The position numbers and the translations under genes are program-made. A stretch of DNA of 64,000 bases from Andalucia godoyi And28 (taxonomy: Eukaryota; Protista; Jakobida): the NCBI GenBank assembly GCA_009859145.1, contig VRVR01000020.1:1-64000 (forward strand). Reading direction: 5' to 3'. The notes beneath the pieces are model-generated. The model searched no databases. It was not told where the DNA came from and worked only from the letters and a program-made list of their open reading frames with translations. Below, in pieces: positions 49,746 to 60,866 of the stretch (its first letter is position 1; every line of letters begins with the position of its first letter).

Positions 49746-52700
49746 TCAGTTGCCGGCTGTTTCGGCCGCAGTTTGTAACAGTGCATTTTTCGGCTTACGC
49801 CCCCCGCGTTTTGCGGGTTTCGCAGAGGGAGACCAGCTATCGTCGTCATCTTGAGCATCCTCTTCCTCATCGTCAGCGGAAATCCGAGACTTTGCAGTGG
49901 CCCGCTTGGGCCTCGAGGTTTTCTTCTCCAACACATCTTCCAGCTCCATGGCACAAACCATGGCAAACGGAGTTGGCCTTCCAAGCTTGCGACCGGTGCT
50001 TGGTGGTGCAAGGAGTTTCTTTTCTCCCACGAACGCATTGTCTTTTGTGATCACCGGGGTCTTAGGGCCAGCATCTACCGACGCAGCGCCATTCCGATCG
50101 TGATCGCTGTCTTCAAATTCAAAAGGATCATACACCGTTGCAGAACGGACCTTCAAGCCCTTCTTGGGTGCATCGGCTTCAAATGGATTGGAGTCTGCAA
50201 TGTCATCAGTAATCTTCTTTGAAGCTGCCTTGCGAGATCGCGCAATCTTTGCCGGCTTCGGCTCCTCTGCAGCATCCTGGAAGCCTGGAGAATCCTCCGA
50301 TTGCACCCGTTTTGTAGCTTTTCGAGCAGGACGCTTGCGACCTTCCGTCTTTTCACCGACATCTGAAGTTACGGATCCCATCACGACTGGGGCCTGGTCG
50401 TCCATCAGCCAATCTGCAGTCATGGATTCCATGATTTGTCCGCGATTCAGACCCTGTGTCTCATCCAAGGGCTTCTCTTCCGACGCAAAAAAGGTGGCTT
50501 CCTCAGCCTCTGTGACTGCTTCATCCGTGTGCACTAGCTCCGCGGAGCTCGACGAAGAGCGATCAGAAGCCTCGGACTTTGCATTTTCTTCCAATGCCTT
50601 TCTGGCGTTCCGAGCACTGGCTCGAGCACTTTTTCGGACCGTTAGTTGAGATTGGTTTTCCAGACACTCCGTCGCCTCCACTGTCGCGACGGCAGAAGGC
50701 TTGGGCTTTGATCGCCCTGCACGCTTCTTTGCGACAGGCTCCTCTTGCGCAGCAGAAACTGGTGGCCCAACCTGGCATGCCGGCTCTTCAGGAATTGTGG
50801 ATTCGACTGTGGCAGAATCTGATGCTGAATCCGACGCAGATGCGGCGGCTGCGGGCAGAGAATGGTGCTTCTCAACCGGTGCTCTTGGACTCAAAAGATC
50901 AGAAGGCTTCTCGATGAGAAACGTCTCCATCTCAGTGAACTGAACTGAGACACCTGTTCCGGAAACAGAAGGGACGATTCCGCCCTTAAAAATTGTTGCG
51001 GTCTTTCCGCTGCGCGTGTCTTGCGACATCTGATCGCCAACAATCACTTCATACTCTCCGCAGCGTTTCTTCTTTCCCATGCGAAGCATTTTGTCCGTTT
51101 CCTCCACAGCATTCTTTCGCTTTGCGGCTCTGCTCTTCAGCGGAGAAAAGAGTGCTGCAATGAGTCCGCCGGGACCCGACGACCTTTCGGAAGCGGACTC
51201 GATACTTGCATGCTTGTCCTTTGGCTCCTCGGCGTACTTTGAAATGCAGGACGTGTTCACTAGCTTGGCTGCTTCTGACATGCGATGACCCGAGGCTTCC
51301 AGAATCGCTGTTGTTGCAGACACCTGAATGAGCTGATCAAGACGCTTCTGCAAGTCTTCCTTCTCTTTTCGTTCATTGCAAAGCTCACTCCTCAGCGCAG
51401 CCACCGTGGCCTGCAGCCCTGCTACCTGGCTCTCTAGTTCTTTCCGAGCCATCTCGGCGAGTCTTTTCTGTGCATCGTGTTCTCGAAGCAAATCCACAAC
51501 GTAGCACTCTTGCTCCGACCTTTGCTCCTCCATGGAGATTTCCAACGCACGGTACTTTTTCGACTCTGCGGCAAGCTTCTTCTGCAGATCATCCATCCCG
51601 CGTTGCATCTGGCTCTTGACAGATTCAAGCTCCTTCTCTAAATCAGCATATTTCGTGTTGAATGTGGACTCTTTCTGCTTCATGTCTGATTCCAATCGAG
51701 TCTGCATCAACGAAATGCTTCGAGCATTTTCCACATCGTTCTGCTTCATTGCATCTTCAAACTTTTGTCGCATGCTGCACAGCTCGTTTTCAAGGTCAGT
51801 ACGCTCAGCGATCCAAGCATTCTGCGCTTTTGCTTGCTCCTGGAACGACTTTGCAAGGTTCTCCGCGATGCTGGATCGAAGAACCTGAATGTCGTCTTCG
51901 GCTTGGTCCAGAGCTTTCTTAATGTGCTCGAAATTCCCTTGCAACGACACCTTCTCATCGATGAGCGTCTTCTTTGCGGATTCCAGTTTCGACTTCTCCT
52001 TTTCAAGCTGAACATTCACAGATTTGACGGCGGTGAGTTCATCCGATGTTTGGCGGTATTTGGATCGAATGTTTTCCATTTCGACAGAAAAGATTGAATT
52101 CAGCGTTTCCATATTCTGGTGAGTCTCGGCAGATTTCTTTTCCAAGCTCTGCGCATTGATCCGTCGCAACGTTTCTGTAACGAGCTTCAGCCGCGTCTGA
52201 TACAAGTCCTCCTGCTGTTCCAACTGCTCGTCAAACGTCTGCTGCATACCCTGCTGCAACTCTTGAATTCGTTCTGCCCATTCGCTTGCGACCTCTTCGC
52301 GAATTTCCATTTCGAATTCATCCAAGAATTCGGCAGAATAACCTTGCCCATCCTGCGGAAACCCGGGACACCCATGGCCTTGATAAGAGAGTCGAGTACC
52401 AGTGGGCTGATGCGAAGGTGTCCGAACCTCCTCAGCCGTCACGAAATCCACATTCTCCTTTTCCTCCTCAAGGTTGATTTGGAGATTGCGCTTCGCGCCC
52501 TTTCCAGCCTTCTCTTTGATCGGGAGATTCTCCTTGTCAGCAGCAGTCATTGTTCCGTTACGTGGTCGCTTCTTTGCCGTTGAATTGACCGTGTCCGCCA
52601 GAATATTTCGCTTGTATCCGGCGTTCTCCTGTGTTTGGAGGGCCTTGTTTGAAACCTGCATTTGCATAAAAGCAGTATCAATCTGCGTGGCCGTGCACCC

Positions 52701-53846
52701 ATATCGCAAGACATGCGTTGTTTCCGAAAATTCGGATGCTTCCTGCGTCACATTCAGAATCATCATCACCTTGGCACCACCGGACATCTTATCTTGGAAC
52801 ATTCGGGTTAGCTTGGAATCACGGAATGGGATGACCACCTGTTCGTTCGATCCCGTTGCTTTGTGTTGCGACACCTGGCGAAGTTTTTCAAATACCCGAC
52901 CCAGAACCATGAGCGAAGTGTTGATTTTCGACGCTTCCACGAGCTTGTGGCCTTTGGTATTGGTCTTCCCAACTCTTTCGGAGCCTGCCAAATCCACGAC
53001 GGCAAACCTCGAGATTTCCTGAAGCTCAAAGTTGTCCAGCAAGCAGCACAGCTTGATGGTGAACACCGCGTGAGACCGCGAAGAAGTTTCATTCATGGCC
53101 GTAGCAGCTTGCGCTCGACGAGCAATACCATCCTGGATCAAGCCAAGCGCTTCCGTAACGTTTCCCACCGACACTTCATTGGCGCCAACAATGGAAAGAT
53201 GCCCATTGCCGCTGTCCTTGATATCCACTTCACGGTTGTGGCTGTGGCTGTGGCTGTGGCTGCCCGACTTTTCAAAAATCGACATTTTCGATAGATCCAA
53301 GATCTTCTCATTGTAAACTTCGAGCATCGATACCGTAACCAGAAGCTTATCATTCTTCTGACTCATCGAAAACAAGTCGTTCAAGATAAGGGGAAAGATG
53401 TTGGTGATCGTGTGCGTCTTTCCAGACCCTGAAATTCCATATGAAAACAACAGCGCACTCTTCCCAAACGCCATCATCGAAACGCTGCTCTTGATCGCAT
53501 CGTCATAGATCGACAATTCCTGAACCTCGGGTCCATACACCTTGTCGTACGTGTAGAGCTCCGGCTGATGCTTCGAGTTGAACGCCCGAATTTGTGTGTC
53601 GGAAACCACATCAATGCATCGCTTCTCATTCGGCGCGCTCGGCTTCACACGGACATACACCTTGAACGGCTCAATCTCGAGATCTGCAGTCGAAAACGAG
53701 TCCACAAGATCCCTCTTCGGTTCTGTGACAGCTTCTTCTGGAACCGACTTGGATGATGCCGCCTTTCGCTTCGGCTTCGAAGGCGGAGAAAACAGTAGCA
53801 TTCGCTGAACCGGATCATTCGCAACAAACACCGAATGCGATTCCAT
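49746..53846 (-). CDS. N-terminal-motor kinesin, kinesin-6 (KIF20/KIF23)-like
   Basis: SALLFSYGISGSGKTHT P-loop, NETSSRSH switch I, VDLAGSER switch II, IPFRDSKLT, ETTHVLRY; long coiled coil and basic low-complexity tail. Confidence 0.88.
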   Translation of the reverse strand: MESHSVFVANDPVQRMLLFSPPSKPKRKAASSKSVPEEAVTEPKRDLVDSFSTADLEIEPFKVYVRVKPSAPNEKRCIDVVSDTQIRAFNSKHQPELYTYDKVYGPEVQELSIYDDAIKSSVSMMAFGKSALLFSYGISGSGKTHTITNIFPLILNDLFSMSQKNDKLLVTVSMLEVYNEKILDLSKMSIFEKSGSHSHSHSHNREVDIKDSGNGHLSIVGANEVSVGNVTEALGLIQDGIARRAQAATAMNETSSRSHAVFTIKLCCLLDNFELQEISRFAVVDLAGSERVGKTNTKGHKLVEASKINTSLMVLGRVFEKLRQVSQHKATGSNEQVVIPFRDSKLTRMFQDKMSGGAKVMMILNVTQEASEFSETTHVLRYGCTATQIDTAFMQMQVSNKALQTQENAGYKRNILADTVNSTAKKRPRNGTMTAADKENLPIKEKAGKGAKRNLQINLEEEKENVDFVTAEEVRTPSHQPTGTRLSYQGHGCPGFPQDGQGYSAEFLDEFEMEIREEVASEWAERIQELQQGMQQTFDEQLEQQEDLYQTRLKLVTETLRRINAQSLEKKSAETHQNMETLNSIFSVEMENIRSKYRQTSDELTAVKSVNVQLEKEKSKLESAKKTLIDEKVSLQGNFEHIKKALDQAEDDIQVLRSSIAENLAKSFQEQAKAQNAWIAERTDLENELCSMRQKFEDAMKQNDVENARSISLMQTRLESDMKQKESTFNTKYADLEKELESVKSQMQRGMDDLQKKLAAESKKYRALEISMEEQRSEQECYVVDLLREHDAQKRLAEMARKELESQVAGLQATVAALRSELCNERKEKEDLQKRLDQLIQVSATTAILEASGHRMSEAAKLVNTSCISKYAEEPKDKHASIESASERSSGPGGLIAALFSPLKSRAAKRKNAVEETDKMLRMGKKKRCGEYEVIVGDQMSQDTRSGKTATIFKGGIVPSVSGTGVSVQFTEMETFLIEKPSDLLSPRAPVEKHHSLPAAAASASDSASDSATVESTIPEEPACQVGPPVSAAQEEPVAKKRAGRSKPKPSAVATVEATECLENQSQLTVRKSARASARNARKALEENAKSEASDRSSSSSAELVHTDEAVTEAEEATFFASEEKPLDETQGLNRGQIMESMTADWLMDDQAPVVMGSVTSDVGEKTEGRKRPARKATKRVQSEDSPGFQDAAEEPKPAKIARSRKAASKKITDDIADSNPFEADAPKKGLKVRSATVYDPFEFEDSDHDRNGAASVDAGPKTPVITKDNAFVGEKKLLAPPSTGRKLGRPTPFAMVCAMELEDVLEKKTSRPKRATAKSRISADDEEEDAQDDDDSWSPSAKPAKRGGRKPKNALLQTAAETAGN

Positions 53847-54297
53847 TACTCACAACAACACAGTAATAAACAATACGAATAGAATAAGAATGATAAGGCA
53901 ATGTGATATACTACAAACAATAAAAATGGTTAGTAAAAAACGGCGAAGAGGAATCAAAGAAAGAGCCTTTTTTCTTGAATAATTTTTTTTCGAATTTCTT
54001 TAGAAAACAATTTAAATAAAATACGAAAATTCAAAGACGGAATTTCGTAAAACAGCAACAAAATAATAAAAATTATTGCAGTCTGATAAGCATTTCGGGA
54101 AGAAAAAGCCGCACGTAACGGTACGGAACTACAGCTGCTGACATGCCGGGACTCGGGTCCCTCTATTACCCAATATTTAAAATTTAAAATTTAAATTTTT
54201 TTAGTTTAAGAAAGTCGATTCCTTTTTTTCCCCCCCGAATTGTGCGCACATTCAATCATAGGGATGCTTACTGGTTAGTGCTGATTATGTTTGTTTA

Positions 54298-54501
54298 CTA
54301 CTTATAGCGAGGTTTTGCATCTGTGGGGTAGTCGCCTGCGCCGTGGCTGTCGTGCTCCTTGCTGAGATCTGCGGTTGTGCTTTCCGGCAGTCGCTCGTCA
54401 TCCAGCTCCCGTTCCCGCTTCTCAAGAGTCTCATTGTGCTGAAACTTCTTACGATCAGCATGGCTTTCTACGTTCTCAACACCAAGGTCTCGGGCATCCA
54501 T
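54298..54501 (-). CDS. Candidate 67-aa acidic hydrophilic small protein
   Basis: MDARDLGVENVESHADRKKFQHNETLEKRERELDDERLPE...; GC-richer open frame between AT-rich flanks. Confidence 0.4.
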   Translation of the reverse strand: MDARDLGVENVESHADRKKFQHNETLEKRERELDDERLPESTTADLSKEHDSHGAGDYPTDAKPRYK

Positions 54502-55009
54502 TTCTGACAGCAGTATCAACAGTAGACAGACGACTCAGACGACTGTTCAACAATAGAAAATTCTTGAAATAATATATATAAATATATAAAGGCGGCTTGC
54601 AACAGTGTGAGTGTGAGTGTGAGTGCGAAAACAGAGAACTGAAAGACAGTATTTCGCGTTTTTTCCCCTCTCTACTTTTCCAGTCTGTCCGAATGAACGA
54701 CACAGGAAAAAGGGTTTTAGTGGAGAAAGAAGAGCAGAAATTGTATGCGCTTCTTGCAGTTCAATTGCAGTCCACTACGGAGGAGACGAGTGCGTCTGTC
54801 GGGGAAATCCTGCTGCGGCGAACGCTTAATGCGGGAAAAATCGCCGATTCTTTTCTTTTTTTGTGTCGTGTTTTTTTAAATGGATATACGTAGTTATATG
54901 TATGTAATATTTAAATTAACGATCCGCATTTTCCTGTGCAAACAGGGGGGAAAGTGCATGGTCACTTCTTTGAAGCATTAAGCAGGAAGTGTGTGGGCTG
55001 CAAGGGAAA

Positions 55010-55816
55010 ATGGAAGGGTGCGAGGCTGTGTTCTTCACAGTGAATCCTCGAGTTCATGTACTGCAGCATGTAGCGTTTGAGACGTGCGGAATGATTGCGG
55101 AGTGGGTGCAGTCAAAGACTGGAAACGTGTCCACAACTCGGCTGTACGAGTCATCGTTTTCGTTTCCGTCATTGGATTCTTTTGACATTTTGGTCGTTAT
55201 GGGAGGCCCCATGAATGTCTATCAGCATCGTGACTTTCCCTTTCTTGTTCCGGAAAAGGAGTTTTTGAAGACCTGTCTGGACGCAGGGAAGCGCACTTTG
55301 GGTATCTGTCTTGGTGCGCAGCTGATTGCAGATGCGCTCGGAGGAAGAGTGTTCCAGAATCCAGTGTATGAATTCGGCTGGTATGCCATTGACAATGATG
55401 CCATCCAGCTGGGATCACGAACATTGAACCTTTCATCTGCAATGTGCGTCATGCATTTGCACGGAGATACGTTCTCTCTTCCGTCGTCTTGCAAGTTGTT
55501 TTCATCTAGCGAAGGCTGCAGAAACCAGGGGTTTACGTTCTCCAACCATGCGATGGGTCTCCAGTTTCATCTTGAGATTGACAGGCCATTGCTGACTTCC
55601 ATCCTCCACAGCGGTGTGAGCGATGAACTAGACGTATTGAGGCAATCCCCGTCGTTTGACCCGTCCTATGTGTCAAATGTCGACAACATGATCGAACTCT
55701 GTGACTCATTTGTTCCTCTGTGTCGAGCATCTCTGTTCAAATTGATGGACTTCTTGTGGAATGATGGCTTTATTTCAGAAGGAACAACCGCAGAGACAAC
55801 GGACGACACAGAATGA
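55010..55816 (+). CDS. Class I glutamine amidotransferase-like protein (stand-alone, GMP-synthase-like)
   Basis: VLQHVAFETCG, VMGGPMNVY, nucleophile elbow LGICLGAQL, EFGW and GLQFHLE (Cys-His-Glu triad intact). Confidence 0.9.
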   Translation: MEGCEAVFFTVNPRVHVLQHVAFETCGMIAEWVQSKTGNVSTTRLYESSFSFPSLDSFDILVVMGGPMNVYQHRDFPFLVPEKEFLKTCLDAGKRTLGICLGAQLIADALGGRVFQNPVYEFGWYAIDNDAIQLGSRTLNLSSAMCVMHLHGDTFSLPSSCKLFSSSEGCRNQGFTFSNHAMGLQFHLEIDRPLLTSILHSGVSDELDVLRQSPSFDPSYVSNVDNMIELCDSFVPLCRASLFKLMDFLWNDGFISEGTTAETTDDTE

Positions 55817-55901
55817 CGCACAGCCACTACGACGACGATGACGACGACAACGATGATTTCTTCTTCTTCTTCTTCTTCTACTACTACTACTACTACTACT
55901 A

Positions 55902-58900
55902 CTACAGTAATTCGCCTCCGCGGAAGACCTTAGTGTCGCGACCATCCGCTGCCGAAACAATTGTCTTGTACAGTTTTCGTTGCCGTGGTTTTCGGCAGCA
56001 TGAGCAGGACATGACTCTTTTGATGGCTCGCTTCACCACATTAATAGTAAACACCCGTTCTCCTAGAAAAGATATCACAAACTGGAGGATAGCGACCAGT
56101 GCTATTTTGATACGGTAGCTCTCGGGAACGGTGTCTACGAGCTGGGAAATGTCATTCAGATGCGAGCTCGACGAGTAGAACAAAAGAAACAAATTGAAAC
56201 CAGTGATGATCAGCACCGCAATGAAGTACGAAACGTTGGTCCAGATAGGCAGGCGAAAAGGCTTGGAAATGCTCAACGCAACTGCCACGGAAACATAAAT
56301 AAAACAAGAAAGAAGAAATATCGTCGTATTCTCCATGGAGTCGACCTTCTTCTCTTCAACAATCGGATCGTATTTCTCGTAGAAGCTTTGCTTGCGTACA
56401 TCCAGAAACATGTACGCCTGGAAAGCGAGCTGAACAAGGAAATGGAAGAAAAACGAAAACAGAACCATGGTCGAGAGCAGTTTTCCGGATGGTCTTCGAT
56501 TCACCAGACTGTTGGCTGCCTTTGTCCGGCCCATCAAAATGGTGATCGGAAGGACGAGAAACAGATCAATGTACAAAAACTGCCAGTCACCAAGGTTGTC
56601 GTGGAACTGATAGAGCAGCACGACGGACGTCATTTGGATGACTGAATAGAGCGCCATGTACTTGAACAACTGGAAAGATGTCGCCAGGGAAGCACGACCT
56701 TCGCGGATGATGTCTACAACGCATCGGATAGACTTGTCCTGCGAAGTAAATGGAGCGGCAATGGATGCTTCTGCTTCGGAAAGCGACACACCAAAGTGCG
56801 CCTGCTTGAGCGCGCCGCAGTCGTTTGCACCGTCCCCACACATTGCAACCGTGTATCCAAGATTCTGGAATACTTCCACAAGACGGGTCTTGTTCGCCGG
56901 AGACATACGAGCCATGATGTGTGTTCGCATCAAGAGACGCTGGACTTCCTCCACAGGCAGCGTCTGCTCAAGAATGTGGAACGCCGACCCGGAAATAGCA
57001 AACTCGCAATGATCAGGGCACACCTTCCAATCCATGCATGTTTCTGGAAGACCAGCCACCGAGGCCATTGCTCCGGACGAGGCAGCCATCAATATCCACT
57101 TGACTTGCATCTTCGGGGCAGCTTTTCCAACATCCGTAGATGAATCGTATGTCTCGTGCGGAGATCCGTCCTGAATGACGCCCTCGCGAGGATCACTGTC
57201 CTGATGCTTGCGGGCCTTCGTCGATGAGGATACTTTCTGCAAAGGAGGAAGCGGAGCGACGACAGGGACAAGCTCCGACACATAAATGTGCAAATTGTCC
57301 GGGACGATGTTGCACTGGCGCGCAACGCTCACGCCCGTAAAAACGTTGTCCCCCGTCGCCATCACCGTACGAATACCAGAACATCGAAGTTCGCTGATTA
57401 CCTGCGGCGTATCCACCTTCACACGATTTACGAGCACCACAAGGCCGTAGAAAACAAGATTCGTTTCAAACGCTTCTCGTGGGTTTTGCAGCGCCTCTTT
57501 ATACGGAATTTCGCCGAGATCTCGACCCGCATAGGCAATAACACGGAGTCCCTGGGATGCCAATTCGCGGAGACACTGGTCAAGCGAAGGAGGAAGAGAA
57601 TCCGCCGCGCAAAACGAACAAACCATCTCCGGAGACCCCTTGACAGATATCATCGTCGATTTCGGATTTCCCAGTACCTTGTACAAGGTAGCCATTCGCT
57701 GCGTTTCGGAGGAAAACTCAAAACGGCGGATAATGCCCAACTCATCTGAACACGACAACGAAGACGCGCCTTCGAGATTGTCGTAATGCTCCTTAAACGC
57801 ATTTCCTCTGGGACGAAAGCGAGAAATGACAGGCTCGTCAGAACCAACATTGTTATGTGGTGCAATTTGCCAGTTGGTTTGGTCAAAAATGATGAGATCC
57901 AGGGGGTCACCAATCAGCACTCCTCGCAATTCCGACACGGAATGGCACGTGACAACTGCCTGACGAAATGCCTCATCCAAGGACATGAAAATCCCAGTCG
58001 TATTGTTGTTCGACATTGTTGCAGCGCTCTTGCTCTTCTTCTGGCACGGGACGAATCGGTCGAATTCCAGATTCTCCACCGTCAACGTTCCAGTCTTGTC
58101 AAACACGCAAAGCGATGTCTTTCCTGCCATGTTCAGGCGAGAAGGAGAAATGCAAAATATCCGCTTCTTCTTCAGTCTTTTGAGAGAAAACACGGTGGAC
58201 ACTGCAAGACCGAGGGGAAGGGCGGGTGGAACCGTGATGACCAACACGTCGAGCGCGCGGACAACGATGGTCTCGACAGGAGTTCCGGCTTCAAGCAACG
58301 AGAACAGCGAGATGCCGAATCCGATGATCGCCAAAACTGCCAGCACTCCAATAAATGCAAAGGCATCCTTGTAAAACGAAAACGAATGAGGACGAGGAAA
58401 CATGATTGCACGAATCAACTGCCCCTTGAGGGTTGAAAATCCCGTTCGGAGCACGATTCCCGTGCAAAATCCATTCTGCTGCAAGGGTCGAGTCTGCAGA
58501 ATCGTGGTGCCGGAAAACATGAGATGTTTCTTGTGCCGATCCATGTTGATTTCCGAGGAGTCTTCATCTGGAACAGGACTGCGGACAACGGGCGTGGACT
58601 CGCCTGTGAGTTGGGACTCGTCGACAACGCACTCGCCGTCCGTCAACAGTAAATCGCACGGAATTTTCATGTTGTCCCTAAACTGAATAACATCGCCCGG
58701 TACCAACTGGGATGCCATGATAGTCTCCCACTTCAGATTGTTACCGGATCCTCTGAGCGCCAGGACTTCGTCGTCAAATCGTGCCATTCGAGAAAGGCGC
58801 TTCATGTTTGACCGCGTTTCCACCAAACTTACTATCGCAGACGTTATCGCGAGGAACAGGATCGTCAAAGCGTACACCGTGTATGTATCGTAGAGCCATA

Positions 58901-59567
58901 AAACAACGGCAAACAGCTGGAACACAAAGAAGGGGTGCAGGACTTCCTCCACAAGCAGCTTTGGAATTGACTTGATTGGAACTTCAATTAAGTTTCGTCC
59001 ATACAGATGAATCATCTCGGCACTCTTGACGTCGCTTTCAATACCCGTGCGGAAGATGTTGAGAAACTTGGAGACCGGAACACGGTATGTAAATCGCGAC
59101 GGTTCGAAGGCAGAAATGTCAGACCGGAACACGTACTTCTGGCACCTCCAAACAAACCATCGTTCATCCCAGTTGACCGTTGAGGAATTCGCGAACTGTG
59201 CGCTTCTAAGAGGGCTCGAAGCATCGGGGCCCAGGAAAATATCTAGGATTGTAATGGGTCCATAGCCACCTTGGACGGCGCACGCGTCAGCATGCACAAC
59301 ATCCGACTTGGAGTACAGACACTTCAGACGCAAGTTGGGAAACCAGTAAAGGACCAACGACGGAATTCCGGCAAAGATCACGGAGAAAATCGTAAAGAAA
59401 ATCCTTTTCAACGGAGATTTCGTGAAGAAGCGAACCGACGTAATCGACAGCACGTCGTCATCTTCTTCGGTTCGAGTAGACAGTGGATAGTAGATCGGAA
59501 AAGTTGAGCCGACAGTGTAGGACGAGACGCTGGATGCAGAAGAGGCACTGAGCAGCCGCGTGTCCAT
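55902..59567 (-). CDS. P5B-type ATPase (ATP13A2/3, Ypk9-like; probable polyamine transporter)
   Basis: TM4 PPALP, DKTGTLT phosphorylation site, LTGESTP, KGSPE, TGDN and GDGANDCGAL. Confidence 0.95.
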   Translation of the reverse strand: MDTRLLSASSASSVSSYTVGSTFPIYYPLSTRTEEDDDVLSITSVRFFTKSPLKRIFFTIFSVIFAGIPSLVLYWFPNLRLKCLYSKSDVVHADACAVQGGYGPITILDIFLGPDASSPLRSAQFANSSTVNWDERWFVWRCQKYVFRSDISAFEPSRFTYRVPVSKFLNIFRTGIESDVKSAEMIHLYGRNLIEVPIKSIPKLLVEEVLHPFFVFQLFAVVLWLYDTYTVYALTILFLAITSAIVSLVETRSNMKRLSRMARFDDEVLALRGSGNNLKWETIMASQLVPGDVIQFRDNMKIPCDLLLTDGECVVDESQLTGESTPVVRSPVPDEDSSEINMDRHKKHLMFSGTTILQTRPLQQNGFCTGIVLRTGFSTLKGQLIRAIMFPRPHSFSFYKDAFAFIGVLAVLAIIGFGISLFSLLEAGTPVETIVVRALDVLVITVPPALPLGLAVSTVFSLKRLKKKRIFCISPSRLNMAGKTSLCVFDKTGTLTVENLEFDRFVPCQKKSKSAATMSNNNTTGIFMSLDEAFRQAVVTCHSVSELRGVLIGDPLDLIIFDQTNWQIAPHNNVGSDEPVISRFRPRGNAFKEHYDNLEGASSLSCSDELGIIRRFEFSSETQRMATLYKVLGNPKSTMISVKGSPEMVCSFCAADSLPPSLDQCLRELASQGLRVIAYAGRDLGEIPYKEALQNPREAFETNLVFYGLVVLVNRVKVDTPQVISELRCSGIRTVMATGDNVFTGVSVARQCNIVPDNLHIYVSELVPVVAPLPPLQKVSSSTKARKHQDSDPREGVIQDGSPHETYDSSTDVGKAAPKMQVKWILMAASSGAMASVAGLPETCMDWKVCPDHCEFAISGSAFHILEQTLPVEEVQRLLMRTHIMARMSPANKTRLVEVFQNLGYTVAMCGDGANDCGALKQAHFGVSLSEAEASIAAPFTSQDKSIRCVVDIIREGRASLATSFQLFKYMALYSVIQMTSVVLLYQFHDNLGDWQFLYIDLFLVLPITILMGRTKAANSLVNRRPSGKLLSTMVLFSFFFHFLVQLAFQAYMFLDVRKQSFYEKYDPIVEEKKVDSMENTTIFLLSCFIYVSVAVALSISKPFRLPIWTNVSYFIAVLIITGFNLFLLFYSSSSHLNDISQLVDTVPESYRIKIALVAILQFVISFLGERVFTINVVKRAIKRVMSCSCCRKPRQRKLYKTIVSAADGRDTKVFRGGELL

Positions 59568-59891
59568 TGACACGACGAATCAAAAAATATATAATAATAA
59601 AATATATAAATGTGATATTAAAATTAAAAAAAGGGAATAAATATAAACTAGAAAGTGTAGCTGCCAAAAGAAGAAAAAGTAAAATAATATAATTGGAGGA
59701 TTCATTGGAAAAACCAAGCGTTCTCTTTTAATGCGGAGCGCGTTTTCCTCAGAACGCGGCGGGCGGAGTGACATGCTGTTTTTTTTTGATTTGAGCTCTG
59801 ACAGCGTGTCATTACATGTTGAATCAATTGAGTCTGCGATTATTATTATTTTTTTTCCTTTTTTGGGAGCGCTGATGCTTCAGATTGCAGA

Positions 59892-60024
59892 ACGCCTACA
59901 CTGTACACTAACCCACGGATAATCGTCGCTGATCGCGTGACGGAGCTGTGAAGATAACCAACGCATGCGCATGGCGAGTGACAGTGTTTTTGTTTTTACG
60001 TGCGCTTTAGATTGCTTCATCATA
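59892..60024 (-). mobile_element. Short Fanzor-family derivative (copy 5)
   Basis: ACGCCTACACTGTACACTAACCCACGGATAATCGTCGCTGATC matches the right-end block of copies 1, 3 and 4, and is joined directly to block D shared with 38200-38310. Confidence 0.7.
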
Positions 60025-60113
60025 TCGCAATAAAGTGGCAGCGGTTTCGAAAAGCGGGATCTGCAGTAGTAAAGAATATAAAGTCAACAAGAGACATAGA
60101 GAAGGACCAGAAG

Positions 60114-60866
60114 ATGGAGAGGAGGCTTCTGTTGGAATGCCGGGGGCGTCAGATTGCAGAAATCGAGGCTTTGCATGCGTACTTTGAGGGCTCCGAAGAT
60201 CGAATGTTGATACTTGACAAGGAACAGTTCGACGAGTTTTCCACTCTCGAAAACGAGTACTTGTTGAACACGTATCTTGTTTCTGTGCAGTTTCGCGGAA
60301 CGTTGATTTCGATTCCTGTCATGTACCCGTACGAACAGCCCACTGTCTCATGCTGTCCCCCGGCGCTGATTCAAGAGGTAGCAGACGAGTGGCGCGGCTC
60401 CTGGAGAGACTCCGAGTGCATCATTTCGATTTGTGAGATGATCAGGGACTCCGAGAGCGCCGCGGCAAAATTGATGAAAGAAGCTGAAACGGGGACGGAA
60501 ACTCCAGACGCCAAGGTGCTACTGTGCACAAGAAGTGCAGATGCTCTTTTGAGAGTCCATCTGTGGTTTCACCACATTATTTCGTCCTGGAAAAGATCCG
60601 CAATTTGCAAACTCGCGCGACAGCTGAAACTCCATGGAGCAATGAAGCCTGGATGGCCTGGATTCGTGATCGTGGAGGGAACCTCGGTGGATGTGTCCGA
60701 GTTCATCCGGGAACTTCGTTCCATGTCGTGGCAGAAGATGCAAATCACGTTGCAGACGGAAATCCCACTGTCAGGCCTGCCGCTGTTTGAAGAAACCGAT
60801 GTTGGCGATACCGACAGATTTGCTCAGCTTGTGGGTCGAGATCTTATCAAACCACTTCTCCGATGA
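60114..60866 (+). CDS. RWD-domain and DUF1115 protein (RWDD2A/B-like)
   Basis: EIEALHAYF and P..YPYEQP RWD motifs; LWFHHIISSWKR...GAMKPGWPGFVIVEG...FIRELRSMSWQK. ATG at 60114. Confidence 0.85.
   Translation: MERRLLLECRGRQIAEIEALHAYFEGSEDRMLILDKEQFDEFSTLENEYLLNTYLVSVQFRGTLISIPVMYPYEQPTVSCCPPALIQEVADEWRGSWRDSECIISICEMIRDSESAAAKLMKEAETGTETPDAKVLLCTRSADALLRVHLWFHHIISSWKRSAICKLARQLKLHGAMKPGWPGFVIVEGTSVDVSEFIRELRSMSWQKMQITLQTEIPLSGLPLFEETDVGDTDRFAQLVGRDLIKPLLR

Noticed and set aside
60000-60113. N-terminal extension of the RWDD2-like ORF
   Set aside because: Begins at GTG inside repeat block D; the ATG at 60114 fits the RWD domain start.
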